DNA from: Setoptus koraiensis
Lineage: Eukaryota > Animalia > Arthropoda
Reading direction: 5' to 3'
Length of the DNA: 64,000 nucleotides
Assembly (NCBI GenBank): GCA_048013815.1
Contig: CM106585.1
Coordinates: 11,842,001-11,906,000, forward strand
The notes beneath the pieces are model-generated. The model was not told the origin of the DNA, did not search any database, and saw nothing but the letters and a program-made list of their open reading frames with translations. Below are positions 32,501-46,016 of this stretch, one piece after another. The first letter of the stretch is position 1; every line of letters starts with the position of its first letter. Position numbers and translations under genes: made by a program.

Positions 32501-35500
32501 ATTATTGGCGCTAGTTGCATATCGAGGCTGCTCGTATTGGGGTTGATCATGGTCGGATGGCACCATATCGCCTTGGGCTATGGCAGCGACAGGCTGATTG
32601 TTGTGTCCGATGCTGTTAGGTTGCAATTGAGTTGCCTGCTGAAGTTGCGGTTGTATTCTGCTTGGAGCGGCTCCAGCTTGACTGTTGAGACCGTTCCTTC
32701 CGCTGTAGCCATTCTTGGAGACTTGTTGATCCGCTAGAATAACAAATATAATAGAAGTGAGAATTAAGTTGGATTAGGTGTGCACACAAAAGTTAAAATT
32801 GCGCGAGATTATCTTTTATGCAGGTAGCTGATATAGATCAGGCGCCACTTACCCGAAGCGGGCCATTTGGCCTTGAGATTCAGTTCGGGCTGGAGAGTTG
32901 TGGCCGAACTGGATGGTATCCTCTGGCATGCCTCTGTGAGATGCGTTGTGGTATTGTGAATAATGAGTGAAAGGCGGGGTTGATTGATTAGATATAATCG
33001 ACATTTTTAAATATGATGCATCGTGATGCTGACCAGTAATTACGTGATGATAATAATAATAATAATAATGATAGTAACTGTTCTCATGCACAATTGCACC
33101 AGAGAATTTGAGTATAGCTATGCAATTGAACCAAAATCTAGAGTAATTTTGGGTGTTAGGGGGTATTTTGCATTTAGCGCGGCCTGTTTTTGCCCTGGCA
33201 TTGTTCCACTGGCAGTGCGATTGGCTGCGCACGAGATCGTTTGGCAAAGACTCACGCCACTCAATTGGGCACACAATGTGTGATGCAACTAGATCATAGA
33301 ACAATGTGTGATTTGCGCGCTCAACCTACTTGTGTCTGCGTAAACACATCATTGTTATTATCCGCAGTATAGGCAAATATATAGTTTTGGCCGGCAAAAA
33401 ATACACAAACGTTTTCATTTTACCATACTTATGCTGCCCGTTGCTGCTGGACACCAATTATCAATAACAATATTCAAATGATTGCAAATGGCTGCAATGG
33501 CCAGTGGCTACGAATGGCAACCTATCGATCTATTTGGGCCGATTACAACAACAAACGGACAACAACAGCAGCAACAAAAAATTGGGACATGTTCCGTTGG
33601 TCCGAACTGCGGAGCAAGCGTGCCACAAGCAACTATTGCACTGGCCCTTCAGATGGGAATTATTGATTATTGTGGACCTACTTGAATAGAAAAGCACTTC
33701 CATTGTGGAAGTGAGAGCTGCCACTTTTTGTTGCCATCCCGAGCCAGCTAGAAACAGAACCAAAACAACAAAAATCACTGCCGCTTCAACTTTTAGCAAC
33801 TGGCTCACCACTCGATGCTTACCGGTCGACGGTCAACCAGTCATATTCGCTCAATCTAATGAATAATTCTTGTCGCAAAACTAAATTGATCTATTAATAA
33901 GAAAAAAAGAAACGGACAAACAGACAGGCAGGCTTTGTGCCTGTACCTGTCTGCCTGTTGCACAGGCAGTGACACATTATACTCGTCTGGCCATCATCAA
34001 CGCAACAAGTGCTGCCGTTATCTCTGGCAAACTTTTGTCACACAACCACATCCTTCATAATCCAAGGGGAATACCGGCACCAATTCAATAGCGCAAGAAT
34101 GGTCCGTTTAATTTTGATGATTAATCTAAACGACCGCACTCCATCCTGTCCACATGATACATGAGCAGACATGAACACATTGATAGTCTAGCCATATTAA
34201 TATAATATGGATAGCATTGATGTAGAGATGGCCGCCATGGAATACATACCGGCATACCGGCATACCGGCGCATATCGATCAACATCAGCAACAGGTTGCA
34301 TTCAACATTCTGCAACGGTCATTCGTTTAGACATAAACAACTTGATTCATGCGTCTTCTAGTTCAACCATACACGACCACTGAACAACCACTGCTCTTGT
34401 TGAGCAGGTTCTCCTAAATATTCGAAACTACTCACTGCACACTCGAAGAAAAGATTGAGAAGGTTACATTTATTGATTCGCAGGAGTCTTTAACAAATAA
34501 AGCAACTATTGCTACAACTGATAACCATCTTCCCTATTTCGAGAGATATTCAGCCCACAGGCTTACAACATTACTAGGAACTGGTTGCGCAATCCACATT
34601 GTATCTCAACAAAAGATTGCAACACATACGCTCAGATAGAAAGTCAAGTTTATCTACTACTACTATTATATAGTTTTCTCTATACGCGATCACATGTGAG
34701 CCACAAGTGCAGTCAAAAACAACACGGAGGTCAAGTTCATTCAATTAAAACTAAAAACTCTTTCAGAGACACAGACTCTTTGGGACATTCAACAAGATGA
34801 TATAATGATCTATATCTCGACATGAATGTAAATATGTCTCGAACGAATGCTCTAAATTAAATCTAGCAAACGGTTACAATCATAGTGACACACGCAACAG
34901 TTATACATGTGAGTCACTGAATTGAATTCTGCTGTCTGGCTCACTTTGAAGATCAATTCTGGCTGGAGCATTTGACTAATTTATGATTGACGATGTATAA
35001 ACTAACCGTAAGACATTAGTTTAAAATATATGAGTTTCAGTAGAATGTGTTGCTGCGCTGGCATATGTCAACTAAAATAATAAATGAGCAAACGCCAAGT
35101 CAACCGAGAATGAACCATCAATTCCAAGCTAGACACACATTCGGCGGCTAGATACAGAATAACGGTCTTCGATGTTGGTGGCCAAATTGGTGCATGCAAA
35201 TGGATTTTGTTTGAGTGTAGCGCGGGAGTCACACAAAAAGAAGTCATCAATAATAATTGAAATAATTTTTAAGTGCTGACTTAAAACTTACCTGCGCATC
35301 CATGACGACAAACCTCTACGGTGCACTGTATTTGAACTGTGGTTGAATCTGGAAATTTAAATGCCAAAAACTGAGAGTATGATATAACCGTCGCCCTTGT
35401 ACGCTGGCCTGGATTTTTGATTTTAACAAACTGTGTTAGCATCTTGGGTCTCAATACACAACCGAATTCATCTGTTAGGGCAATAGTGGGCTGATTTCCA

Positions 35501-37339
35501 TCGTGGGCTACACATGATTTGACGCGCATATCAAATTGGCCATTGTAATCATTAATAGCAACAACTATTGTCATTGGTTGACCAACGGGTACAATCTTGG
35601 ATACTTCACGTGACCACGGACCCTTGCCCTCTTGTATTTCCATCCAACAATCTATGTCCTGTTGAAGATTCGTACGGTTAGTCGTGGATAGGGGTCACAA
35701 ATATTTGTGGGTGATGGTTTGTAAAGAGGAGTAGGCACATTTGGTTAAAAAAGCGAGAAAGATGCAAAAAGAATATGAAGCAAAAAACAACACTGATAAG
35801 AGTTGTCCTTGATGTTACTTCTCTCTGTTGCTAGATCACACGCCTGAGAGAAGATAATATTATTGAGATTACACTATAAAATAGCCAAAAATAGCCATAA
35901 TTATTGTTTATAGTTCAACAACTCTATAGCTTCTGACACCGTTGCAAGACGGCACTATTATGCAATCTTATACTGCACTCAAGGGCTATGCTACATAAAA
36001 ACTAAAAAAGAGGCAGCAGACAAAAAATGAAAGTTTATATGGGTCTACGCCATAATGACATCATAATTATCATGATTGACCATTGCAATGACGTTGCCTG
36101 TTGCCCATTAAGATTGCACTGTGTACTCCCTATCACCAAGTCCATGGACCGTTTTCGTATCATCCATCAAGTTAGACAGCTGAGCCTAAAAGCAGGATTG
36201 CTTCGACACCGAAAACAACGGCAGAAACAACAACAACAACTTTCGACCTGTCACTCTCGTTTCGCAATATTATTATTCACAAACACCAAAAACAGCAACT
36301 ATGCTACGTAATAAGCGTGTAATTCTGTGTTGTTGTTGTTGTTGTTGTAAGCCATGTCCATTTATAATCCAGATCTCAGAGCTGATAGCTGAGGTGGTTT
36401 GAGCTGAGTGTCTCAACTCAAACAATTGACCGTTTGCATCATCAATGTCTAGCTATCTAAGATAACAATGGGCAACATTAACTACCATCACGATGCTAAT
36501 AGAGTACTGGCGAACTAAAAATAAACAAGCGATACACTGCTGCTCTTTCTACTTACATCTCCTTGAAAATTCATTTCAACTACATCCAAATCAGCCACAG
36601 GTATTGCGGGCCTGAATGTCGCCGGCTTCTCGTAGGCCTCAAACCATTCACATCTTAACCTCTTGGCTTCGTCATAGGCTTCGATAATATCGGAACCATA
36701 CTGGATAACAATTGTGTTCTCATAAAATTTACCCTGCAAATCGGGCTTGGTTCCACATTGATCGTAATATACATTGAAGGTAGTGTGAGTGACCCCACTG
36801 TTTTGCTTCACATATATACAATTATCTTGTCCATAGGTGCCCTTGGAGAAAACATAACCTGTATAAGGACATAAGCGTGAATTAATACAATAATAACGAG
36901 CGCCAAGGAGGAGTGTCCACACGTCAAAATAATAGCGGTCGCGTTGGGACAATTCATCTGAGAAAAGACTTACCATAGAAGGGAGCACTGAACTCGGCTC
37001 TGACGGTCATGTGGTTCTTACCACATATTACATCTAACGCGGTTATTTTACCACTTGTGGGCCCCGAGAATTCTTTAGCCAAAGAGGTCTGGTCTTGGGC
37101 CCAAGAATTGGATATCTCATTGTTTTGTTGAGCACGCACCTGAAGTTCAATTGGTGAAATTAATTGTAAGATAAGTGAAGATTATTTGCGCTAATTAGAT
37201 GTTTATTCGAGTTTCAATAGCAAATCAAACGTGTTTCCGTCCAACAATTAACGACAATCACCTTGACTAAAGATAGGATAGAGATCACAGCTAATAATAT
37301 TGATATACAGATCGTTGGCGTTGAATAACTTAAATACAT
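29564..37339 (-). CDS. m: Zona pellucida (ZP) domain cuticle/apical matrix protein, miniature-like (1387 aa; exons 37339-37262, 37139-36974, 36858-36557, 35658-35292, 32933-32853, 32733-29564)
   Basis: The six exons join in frame (4164 nt) through GT-AG introns of 122, 115, 898, 2358 and 119 nt; the first donor is a weaker GTGATT. Signal peptide MYLSYSTPTICISILLAVISILSLVKVRA. ZP motifs DEAKRLRCEW, DCWMEIQEGKGPW, FDMRVKSCVA, TDEFGCVLRPKM and AFKFPDS match the miniature branch of the dusky/miniature family. Furin site RSRR at 29905-29894, then a C-terminal TM helix. Confidence 0.88.
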
Positions 37340-40323
37340 TGTACAATTATTATTATCTTATTATCTGCTAGACAATAATAGGATGTTGGCTGCTTTGAGA
37401 AAGAGTTTGCTGGTCGCTGCTGGTTAGTTTGTTTAGAACACACTGGCGTGTTATCGTTGTTCTATTAAATTAATTTGGAACAATTATTTTAGTTAATGGA
37501 TCTTGTTAGTGATGGCTTGATTGATGCTTGCAGTAGTTACTGATTTGCAAATAAATATGGCTGTCTTGACACACAATGCTCTTGTTTGCTTTCATCTTGA
37601 GAGCATCTTGTTTGTATAAACAATATCTGTAGGTGACACTCTTTGAATTTATTCTATTAGTCGCGCAGTGAATTTGGCAGCAACATTATGCCATCATCAT
37701 AGTTTAAGCGACAAATTAGAAGTGTTAATTGTTGGATTTTGTTGCTATGACAACAAAGATTGTTGCTCTATCATGGCCAATGGCATCAGTGGTATTGCGA
37801 CAGTTTAGCTTGCAGTGTGTGATTAAATAATTACTGGTTAGCTGCTAACAATGTTAACAATGGTAACAATATAATGATATACTATTTGCTTTTTGTAGGT
37901 CAAAAACACACACACACACACACACTACTTGTCGTCTATATGTTGTTGTTTTCGCAATGAAGGTTCATCTTCTATGAGAGATGCAATAAAAGAGCCAATT
38001 GAATAACTTTCAATATCGAGGTGAATATCTCTGACAAGGGTTGTCTAATCAACTCAACAGCAGTAGTTGACATTAGCTTGTTTTAGCTGTTGCTGGCTGT
38101 CAAGCATGATCGATTTAAAATAAAAAGAGGCTGGCACAAGGCAACAACAATAATAGTATGAGATGATATGATATCTTATCTTGGCTAGCTCGGTTTGGCT
38201 TGCTTAATGATGATGATGATGCAATTGGCAGCATCGATTTGAATATTACTCTTCAGTTAACATATAAATACATACATGGAGAGATGTGATGCGTTCTCGT
38301 AGTTAGCACTTTTCGTTTGCGGGCGCAGATCTTCTCGCCCAGATCAAGCTCTCCGTTACAGGTTGTTGTTGTTGTTGTTGTTGCTGCTGCTGTACTTTTT
38401 CACTTCACTTCGGCTCAGTTTCAATTCTGGACATTACAGTTTGAGTTTGTTTTTCTAACTGTTAACATTGGTTCCACGGCACTCTAGGCAATGGGCTGTA
38501 ACAACAACAACAACCTGTTCGGCCTTACAGTCGACTAGTTTCCACACTAGTAGACGCCTCTATTAAGCACATTCTAAAGTCGTTGCAAGGCTCACACCGT
38601 GGAACAGCGACAACCGAGGAATTCCATCCGATCTATGCATCGAGCATCAACAGCATCAGCAATAACAGCAGAATAAGCTCGAGAAGAATAAAAAGAAGAA
38701 GAGAGAAGGAATATTTACTTACCTTGAGAATAAGGCTCGCCTGTCTAGCAGCTATGACCAACTTTGCGTTTGGGGCTGCTTCGCTGCCGTTTCTCTCTCT
38801 CTCTCTCTCCGTTTTTGTCTCTCGCTCGCTCTTTGTCCACACATTCAGCGCCATTGCTCAATTTCATTCAGCATCCACAAACATCCACAAACATCCACCA
38901 GCATCCACAAAAATCACCGTGGATAACGGCGGCCATTCTCGACGGCAACGGCACTGGCCACTGCCATGAAGAAGCCGCTAATTGTTGATTCTGGCCACTT
39001 CTCGTCCTGTCTTCAGCTAACACATGTATGATGTTATGTAATAGCAGACGATACAGCGGCGAGCGTGATGCCATACCGCAAAACGGATGCGTTGCTCCTA
39101 TGAGCGATTCATAGGAGGCCTGACGGAGGAAAGCACATAAGAATGTGAGATAAACTCGACGAAGATTGCTGCGGTTGCAACTGTTCGAGTTGTTGTTTTT
39201 CTACTGTTATTCCTCTGTTGGGAGCAAGGAATTTCGCATGCAACTCATCTCTTTGCAACTGCCCATTAGCTAAGCTGCAATGAAATGGCCAAAAGAAGAG
39301 AGCAGATCCGCCGTAGGAGCTGCTACCTGTTGCTGATGCCGTCGCTGTTGTTGCTGCCGTTGCGGTATGATGATGCATTTAACTCACAGTGGTAGTAGTT
39401 GCATAACATGACCTAATGGCAATACAGTCTTGCGACTAACTGTTTTCAGCAAAACACACACACACACACACACACATACGCTCACACAAACTGTGGCACT
39501 ATCATCATGATTTGTAATTTAGTCTCAAACGATAAAATTGCGTTAAGAGTGAGACAGAGGGATGATGTGTCTGGATGATGATGGTCGATTGAGTCAAATG
39601 AGTCTATAGATAAATAAATTTGCATATAGCCTCTGCCCAAAAACAAGACAACCGTCGTTTGCAACAGATAAAAAATGTTTATTGTACGGTAAATAGATAC
39701 ACAGTTAGCAAATTGAAGCTCAGCGAAGTTGATCTTGTTCGAAGAAATTGCAAGTGTAATGGTGCAGCCATTAACAGTAGCAGTCAATTATTGATGATCT
39801 TGAATTATCTAATCTCATATGTGTTCTCTGCCAGATTGCAACAATTAAAAGATGGATGACCCATAGCCTCTCACCTGCCTGACTAACATTACTGCGCTAC
39901 CAACACACACATTTACTATAATCGACATGATGTAATGCATTGCATTCTTTTTCTTCTTATCTCCTTCTATTTAAACTAACGATCTATATTCATGATACCT
40001 ACATTAATATGTATTACATACAGTCTCACGCAAGTGATAGTGCGTCCAAGAGTCATTTTCTCTCTTTGCTTGAACACATTGAGAACGAGAAAAAAAGAAT
40101 GAGATTGAGAAACGGACAAAAAACAACCCCTCCATCATCATGCGTTCAATTATCGATAAAACCAATTAAACTGAACCAACTCCCAATAAATCCACTCCTT
40201 TTCAAACCAATTACCAAACATGTGATAGTTGGAAAAGAAGATGCTTGGATAGATCGGCTGTCTCTATCGGGCCTCATTGTATTGTATCTCATAGTGGACT
40301 CGATCATAGGCGCTTGGCAGCAT

Positions 40324-40324
<1 letters not shown>

Positions 40325-40414
<90 letters not shown>
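40325..40414. repeat. (CT)45 microsatellite
   Basis: Perfect 90-nt dinucleotide run. Confidence 0.97.
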
Positions 40415-40417
<3 letters not shown>

Positions 40418-40953
40418 TCTATCTATCAACGACAATACAGTAGTAGTAGTGTTCTAATTGCAAAATACAGTAAAATGGATCGATCAAACTAATCACTGAA
40501 GGTGTGAAACGGTAGAAGCCATTTGTTCAAACGAGACCATAGAATCAAAAGTTAATGCAGGTCTCGGATTATCGATGACCGAGATAGACAGTCTAAATCC
40601 TCATAAATGATGATGCAGTATTAAGTAATTAGGAACTCTCACTTGATTACTAGTTTGCATGACTGCAGGTAGCTATTTAGAGAAGCAGCAACATTGCATA
40701 AAGAGTCACACAAAGGGATGGTCTTAGATTGAATGCCAGTTTGGATCAGTTTATTGGTAATGGAGAGTTAAACTAAACATTGCTCATTAGTCGTTTTTTC
40801 CTCTTTTATGGTTGGCGTAAGGCACAATTCGGGTGGAGGCCAGGATGATTTGATGTGCATCTGTGATTTGTATATGGATTTGATTTTGTTAAGTTGATAC
40901 ACATATTATATTTCCCACAAACGTGCTCAAGCAGCAAGATTATTTCAAAGAAA

Positions 40954-43898
40954 TCAACTGTAATCATAAGCCGTATGCTGAAAATCATTCAAAACTTTAA
41001 GTGGTGCTATATTCTTTTTCTTTTCTCTTTGTATTCCATGGTTTCGAGTCCATGTCTCGCCGGGTTTCTCTTTTCTAACCAGAGGCTTCTTTTCTGGCTT
41101 CTTGTATTCCCATTTGACAATGGGCGACTGAGGCACAACTTGGCTACCTTGGCGTTGATTGTACATTGTTGAAGCCACGTAGGACGCCTTAACAGTTGAC
41201 ACGACAGCATTCATCAAGTTCTTGGCGGCCTGAATCAACGATGTGGCACTATCTAGGCCTGAGACAATTAAATTTCCAGATATGTTTTGTACATCTGCTT
41301 TGACTTTTGATGTTATGTTTAACTGGTGGCAATACAAAGCGATCTCCTTTAAGTATCCAAGCAAATCTTTTTTAGTTTCACTCTCAGGACTTTGATCTGC
41401 TATTAACATGGCAATCTTATCCAAACGAGTACCATAATCGGAGATCTTCTTTGCAGCATTGATGATGTCCATAGTCGTTTTTAGGGGCCCGCGACCCCTA
41501 GTGAAATCTGTCATGTCCATCATGATCTTGCACATCTTTTTCGCCATACCAATAATGTCATTTCCATTATCATCCCAGATGGCTACTTCTTGATCAAATC
41601 TGTTCTTTTCTGTTCGGAAATTCTCTACATAGAGCGCTATCTTCTCTTTGTCCTCATCCGATATGAACCGATAGGCATCTCGAGTATTGCTAATTCCTGC
41701 CACATCGGGAAACTCGTCAACATCTGTGTGCACGCTAGACTTACTTCGGGTCTCATACGTTTCCTCGTAATCCAACTCTGTTTCACTATCTAACTCGTTT
41801 TCAAAGATTCCATTTTGAAGAACAGCGGCTCTTACTTGTCTTACTCCGTCGTATAAATTATTACTGGCTGAAATGAATTTATTTTCATCAACTTGTTCTT
41901 GATTTCCGGTGGTGATGAGGTTGTTCAATGAAGTTTGGACATTCGATTTGAAGGCCTCCTCGTATTTCTGCAATGAAACTATAGCATCGAAAACTGTTTC
42001 AGTGTAAGAGCAACTTTCGTATTTGTTCATCTCATTCTGAACAACTTGACATATTCGCTTAGATCTACCACTAATCTTGAGGCCGGTTTCTTCAAACGAT
42101 TCGAGGTTTTTCTCTTGCAAGGCCAACACACAGACCTTCACGTCATCTATTATATGTGTCTCTGATACTGCTAGGAAGTCATTGATGGATATTATGCCGT
42201 CAACTGATGTCACAAGAGCACGAATTTGTTGTTGCCAGGATTCTTCAAACGCGACCATATTGTCTCGAGCAACCTGGCTTGTTGGACGGGCCGCCAATAT
42301 ACGTGCGGCATTTATAACTTGTGGGGTCATTCTCTTCAATTGTTTTATGACCTGACGTACAACTTCAACGCCAGCCTCATTGTTTGACATGCAACAGTTA
42401 AGGTTGGCGGCTTCAATTAATTTGGTCGTACTAGCTTTGAACAATTTTCCATTTTGTTCAACAAGTTCCTCATTTCCGGCCAAGGCTGCATCTAGAAGCA
42501 ATTTCAAAGGTGGAGTAGTTTCATCAAGGAACGAATCAGAAACATGATCTATGGCCGCCCTGCGAAGATGCCTACGTAGATCTCTTGTCTTCTTGAGCAT
42601 GTGTTCCAGTGCTTTGGTTAAATTCTCTGTTGGTTCTCTCTTTCCTAGATTGGCCATGTATTCTGACAACAAAGCTTGTAAGGCCTCTCTGAGGGCATTG
42701 CATTCTTTTACTATGCTATCCTGGCGATATAGACGAGTGCAAGGTGAATCAGCCATGGATGCGGCGCCGCTGATAATCTTCTCGAGTGATTCCTCAAGTT
42801 CCGGTCGCATGACGGATTCAATGTAAGTAGTGTGTGGTTTGATGGCAACGCGTTCATCGAATTCATCCAAAGCCAGCGCTAATTTATAGTGGCCATCAGT
42901 TAAACAAGTAGATTCGGAGTTAACTGGTATCGTTTTGGAAGGAACGCTCTCTAGTTCGACAGGCTTCCCTTGGGCGACATCACTGACCGTTGTGACAGCT
43001 TCACAAACTTGCTTGTAGACAAAATCTCTATTTTCTTTTGCTGCCGATAGTTCTGGATGGCGTACGTAAACTTTCGACGCTGTCAACAGTAATGTACTGT
43101 TCTTTTTAAGCACCGCTCTGGCAGCGGCTAAATTGCTTCTCATGCGCCAGTCTTTGAGATCCTGTTGCCTCATGTGAACTTTACACATAAGATCCTGAGT
43201 ATTCCTTCTAAATGTGTCATAAGAATCGATAAGTTCTTGTTGGCTTGAGGCATTTCGCACCATGAGTAGATCGTCCTCGACGATTCGCAACGATTTCAAT
43301 AGATTGTGAACGTCTACCATGTCAGCAACAATTAATAGTCTGGTTACAGCTGATAGTAAGGCACGGGCGGCCTTGACCATTGTGGCTCGTTTGGAGCTGG
43401 TACATGGATCATCGGCAAACTCTCTAGAGGCCACGCTCATAGATTGACCACTTTGGCGAACTTCATCTATGGCTGCAGCCAGTTCATCTTGCATATCTGG
43501 ATTTTCCAATGCAATTTTTTCGCCCTCCATAATAAAGTAATCCCTGGCTTTCTCGATGGCTGCAACAAGTACCTCGGCACTTTGCGATTGTCCCTTCTTT
43601 TTATTGGAAGTTGGTTCGTTCGTGTTGACTAGAGTTGTGACCTGTTGACGTGACGATGAAAAGAATACAGCAATAGTGGCAGATGTTGTTAAGTTGATTA
43701 GTTGTTGAGTTGTTGGTCTCATGTAGGGAATGTTTCTCTGAGAGCGTCACTCGATGCATGTGACCAACTTACCTGCATGACAATGGGCTCCAGGGTCCTC
43801 TCTACGGTCATTGATTTGATTTCTAGATTTTTGGGGTCCCATCTGATGACGGGGACTCCATTGCTGGTTCCGTTCGAATGTACAATATTTGTGCCCAT
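40954..43898 (-). CDS. alpha-Cat: Alpha-catenin (937 aa; exons 43898-43773, 43641-40954)
   Basis: Hallmark sequences WDPKNLEIKSMTVERTLEPIVMQ|VTTLVN, ARALLSAVTRLL, DHVSDSFLD, DFTRGRGPLKTT and LDSATSLIQAAKNLMNAVV. Phase-0 intron 43772-43642 (131 nt, GTAAGT...CAACAG). Confidence 0.97.
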
Positions 43899-45004
43899 GT
43901 TTATCACCTGATTAATTAATTAAAATTGATTTTTGTATTATATATATTATATTATATTTGATTGATCGGATTGTTTGCAGTGATTGGATATGATTGAAAT
44001 TGATTTGGATTTGTTGAGAAAAAAGATGATCACTCTATGATTCTCTGGTGATGTATTAGCTCCAATTGAGCTGGTCGGAATGGTTGGCCTGGAATCGGAA
44101 TCGAGCTTTGTATTTTGTTGTCGTTGTTGTCGATGTAGTCATTCGAATTTCAAAAACTGCAATAATCGACGCATTTCATCCCAGAAGTTGCAGTATCCAT
44201 AATGATGATGCTAATAATAATATACAGTCATACAATATGTATTAAGATAAATAAGTCATGACGATACGGCAATCATTTGTTGCATGCCCATACGATATTT
44301 TGTTGTTTACGTCGGTTGTGTCGTTGTTGATAGCGTATGAGTCACTCATCAAGTCACACGATATGACATTAATGATGGCGCCGAGAATGGTATAACAATT
44401 AGCCAATTAAGGTGGCGATGATATGATACACCAACAAATTGATCGAGTTGCTACACCGTAAATTTTGGAATATACGATAACAATATAACGATGATATCTA
44501 AATACAATTGGACTCTTATATGGATACAACTCAGTGGGTTTTTTGCCATTGCATTCCGTAACTGGAGAACTGATGCTGCCGCCGCTGATGGACGGGCTGA
44601 AGCGGACGAGCATTTTCTTGCATACGCACACAATTGTTCGTTGGCAACGAACGCTAACCTGTTGTGGATGAAATAGATGGACACAAACAATGGTCAACCT
44701 TGTTTTCTTTTTGCTCTTCATCCACATCCACACGCAAACAACACAGCTAATGGGACACAATCTTGGGACGTTTTACAAGTCTATGTTGTCAGTCTATCTT
44801 TTTTTTTTTTGATTTTGTTTGCAACCAGCAAATTTATTTTTCTATCTTCGGTAGTCCACATTACATTCAATATTGCACACCCATCTACACACACGCATCA
44901 TGTGGAAAACAAGCAAACAAATCTTGGTCAATTCATCGATCGTTCATTTAGTTCATACACACAAAATAAAATAAAAAGACAATTCGTTACACTAACTAAA
45001 TCGG

Positions 45005-45610
45005 CTATCTAAGCGTAGTATGCTGGGACAGGGCCACGGTGGTGAAATCGTGCAACATATCATCGACCACGGATACCGGGGCGTTGTTGACAGGCGAATA
45101 TATTTTCACTTGACGCAAATGAGTATCTCGGCCTTGAGAATGATTGGCCAACACTGCTATCTGTATATGGAAGGCTCTTATGGGGGCATCGTTGGCGTCT
45201 TTTAATGAGATCACTATCCAACCCAGAGGTTGCTCTGTTACCACCAGCTCCACTTCTTGTAAATCCTGGAAATGGTTGCCAGTTCTAATTGAGATCTTGT
45301 GCGGGGTGTAGCTCTCATCGAGCTTATAATCTACATACATACAAACAACCTTTATTGTTGTCTTCCTTCGAAATTGTATGTTTACCAAATGCGGCTGAGG
45401 TCCATCCGATTGCCAATATGTTTCCAAATTGTTGTCTCTGAGATGATCGACGCCATAGCCAGACTTGCAAGAACTCAGCGACCAAACAGCATGAGCACCC
45501 ACCTCTCTGATAAGTCCGATTTTTTCCTCTCGCAATGAACTCAATTGTGGTGTTATCTTGTAATTATTTGTAGTCACGGCCGTTGGTTCCGCCGGCGACG
45601 AAGCTGACAT
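45005..45610 (-). CDS. APC10: Anaphase-promoting complex subunit 10 (DOC1), 201 aa, single exon
   Basis: REVGAHAVWSLSSCKSGYGVDHLRDNNLETYWQSDGPQPHLVNIQF, DESYTP, GRDTHLRQVKIY and a C-terminal LR tail. Confidence 0.97.
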   Translation of the reverse strand: MSASSPAEPTAVTTNNYKITPQLSSLREEKIGLIREVGAHAVWSLSSCKSGYGVDHLRDNNLETYWQSDGPQPHLVNIQFRRKTTIKVVCMYVDYKLDESYTPHKISIRTGNHFQDLQEVELVVTEQPLGWIVISLKDANDAPIRAFHIQIAVLANHSQGRDTHLRQVKIYSPVNNAPVSVVDDMLHDFTTVALSQHTTLR

Positions 45611-46016
45611 TTTCCTAGGTTGTATTTGTAGACAGAGGTTTTTTTATACGTCTATCTGGTTTTCATATAAATATTTATACAAAGAGAAAGAATTTAGTAG
45701 TGCTATAAATAAAATCTGTTGTTGGTTTTAGCGGACGCGACCGACTTTATTTTATATTCTGAAATGCACCGCACAAAGTGCACGCGTATTTGGCACAAAA
45801 TCCACCGCGCCCTCTAACGAGCTGAACATGTGAAAATATTTTTCAACTGAAAATCGGTCCGTCAAAACAAGAACACACGTGGCCCACTCGATCATATGTA
45901 CATTTTGTGTGATTTTTTCCTTTCTTTTCAGTCACCATTTTGAGACGATTTAATGGTTTTGGTTCTCTGTTGTTATTTGTAAATATTAACAAAACAACCT
46001 CATCACCAATCGATTC
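45611..46016. promoter_or_regulatory. Probable bidirectional promoter between head-to-head APC10 and pasha
   Basis: Only 406 bp separate the two divergent start codons. E-box CACGTG at 45876-45881. Confidence 0.6.

Noticed and set aside
38530-38555. miR-279-like word GACTAG...CCACACT
   Set aside because: Only a partial match, and no complementary precursor arm nearby.
39109-39378. 89-aa ATG ORF upstream of the miniature-like gene
   Set aside because: Low complexity, no homology recognised and no splice support. At most a uORF.
40954-43898. Vinculin as an alternative call
   Set aside because: It lacks the proline-rich hinge and has alpha-catenin-specific N-terminal and M-domain motifs.
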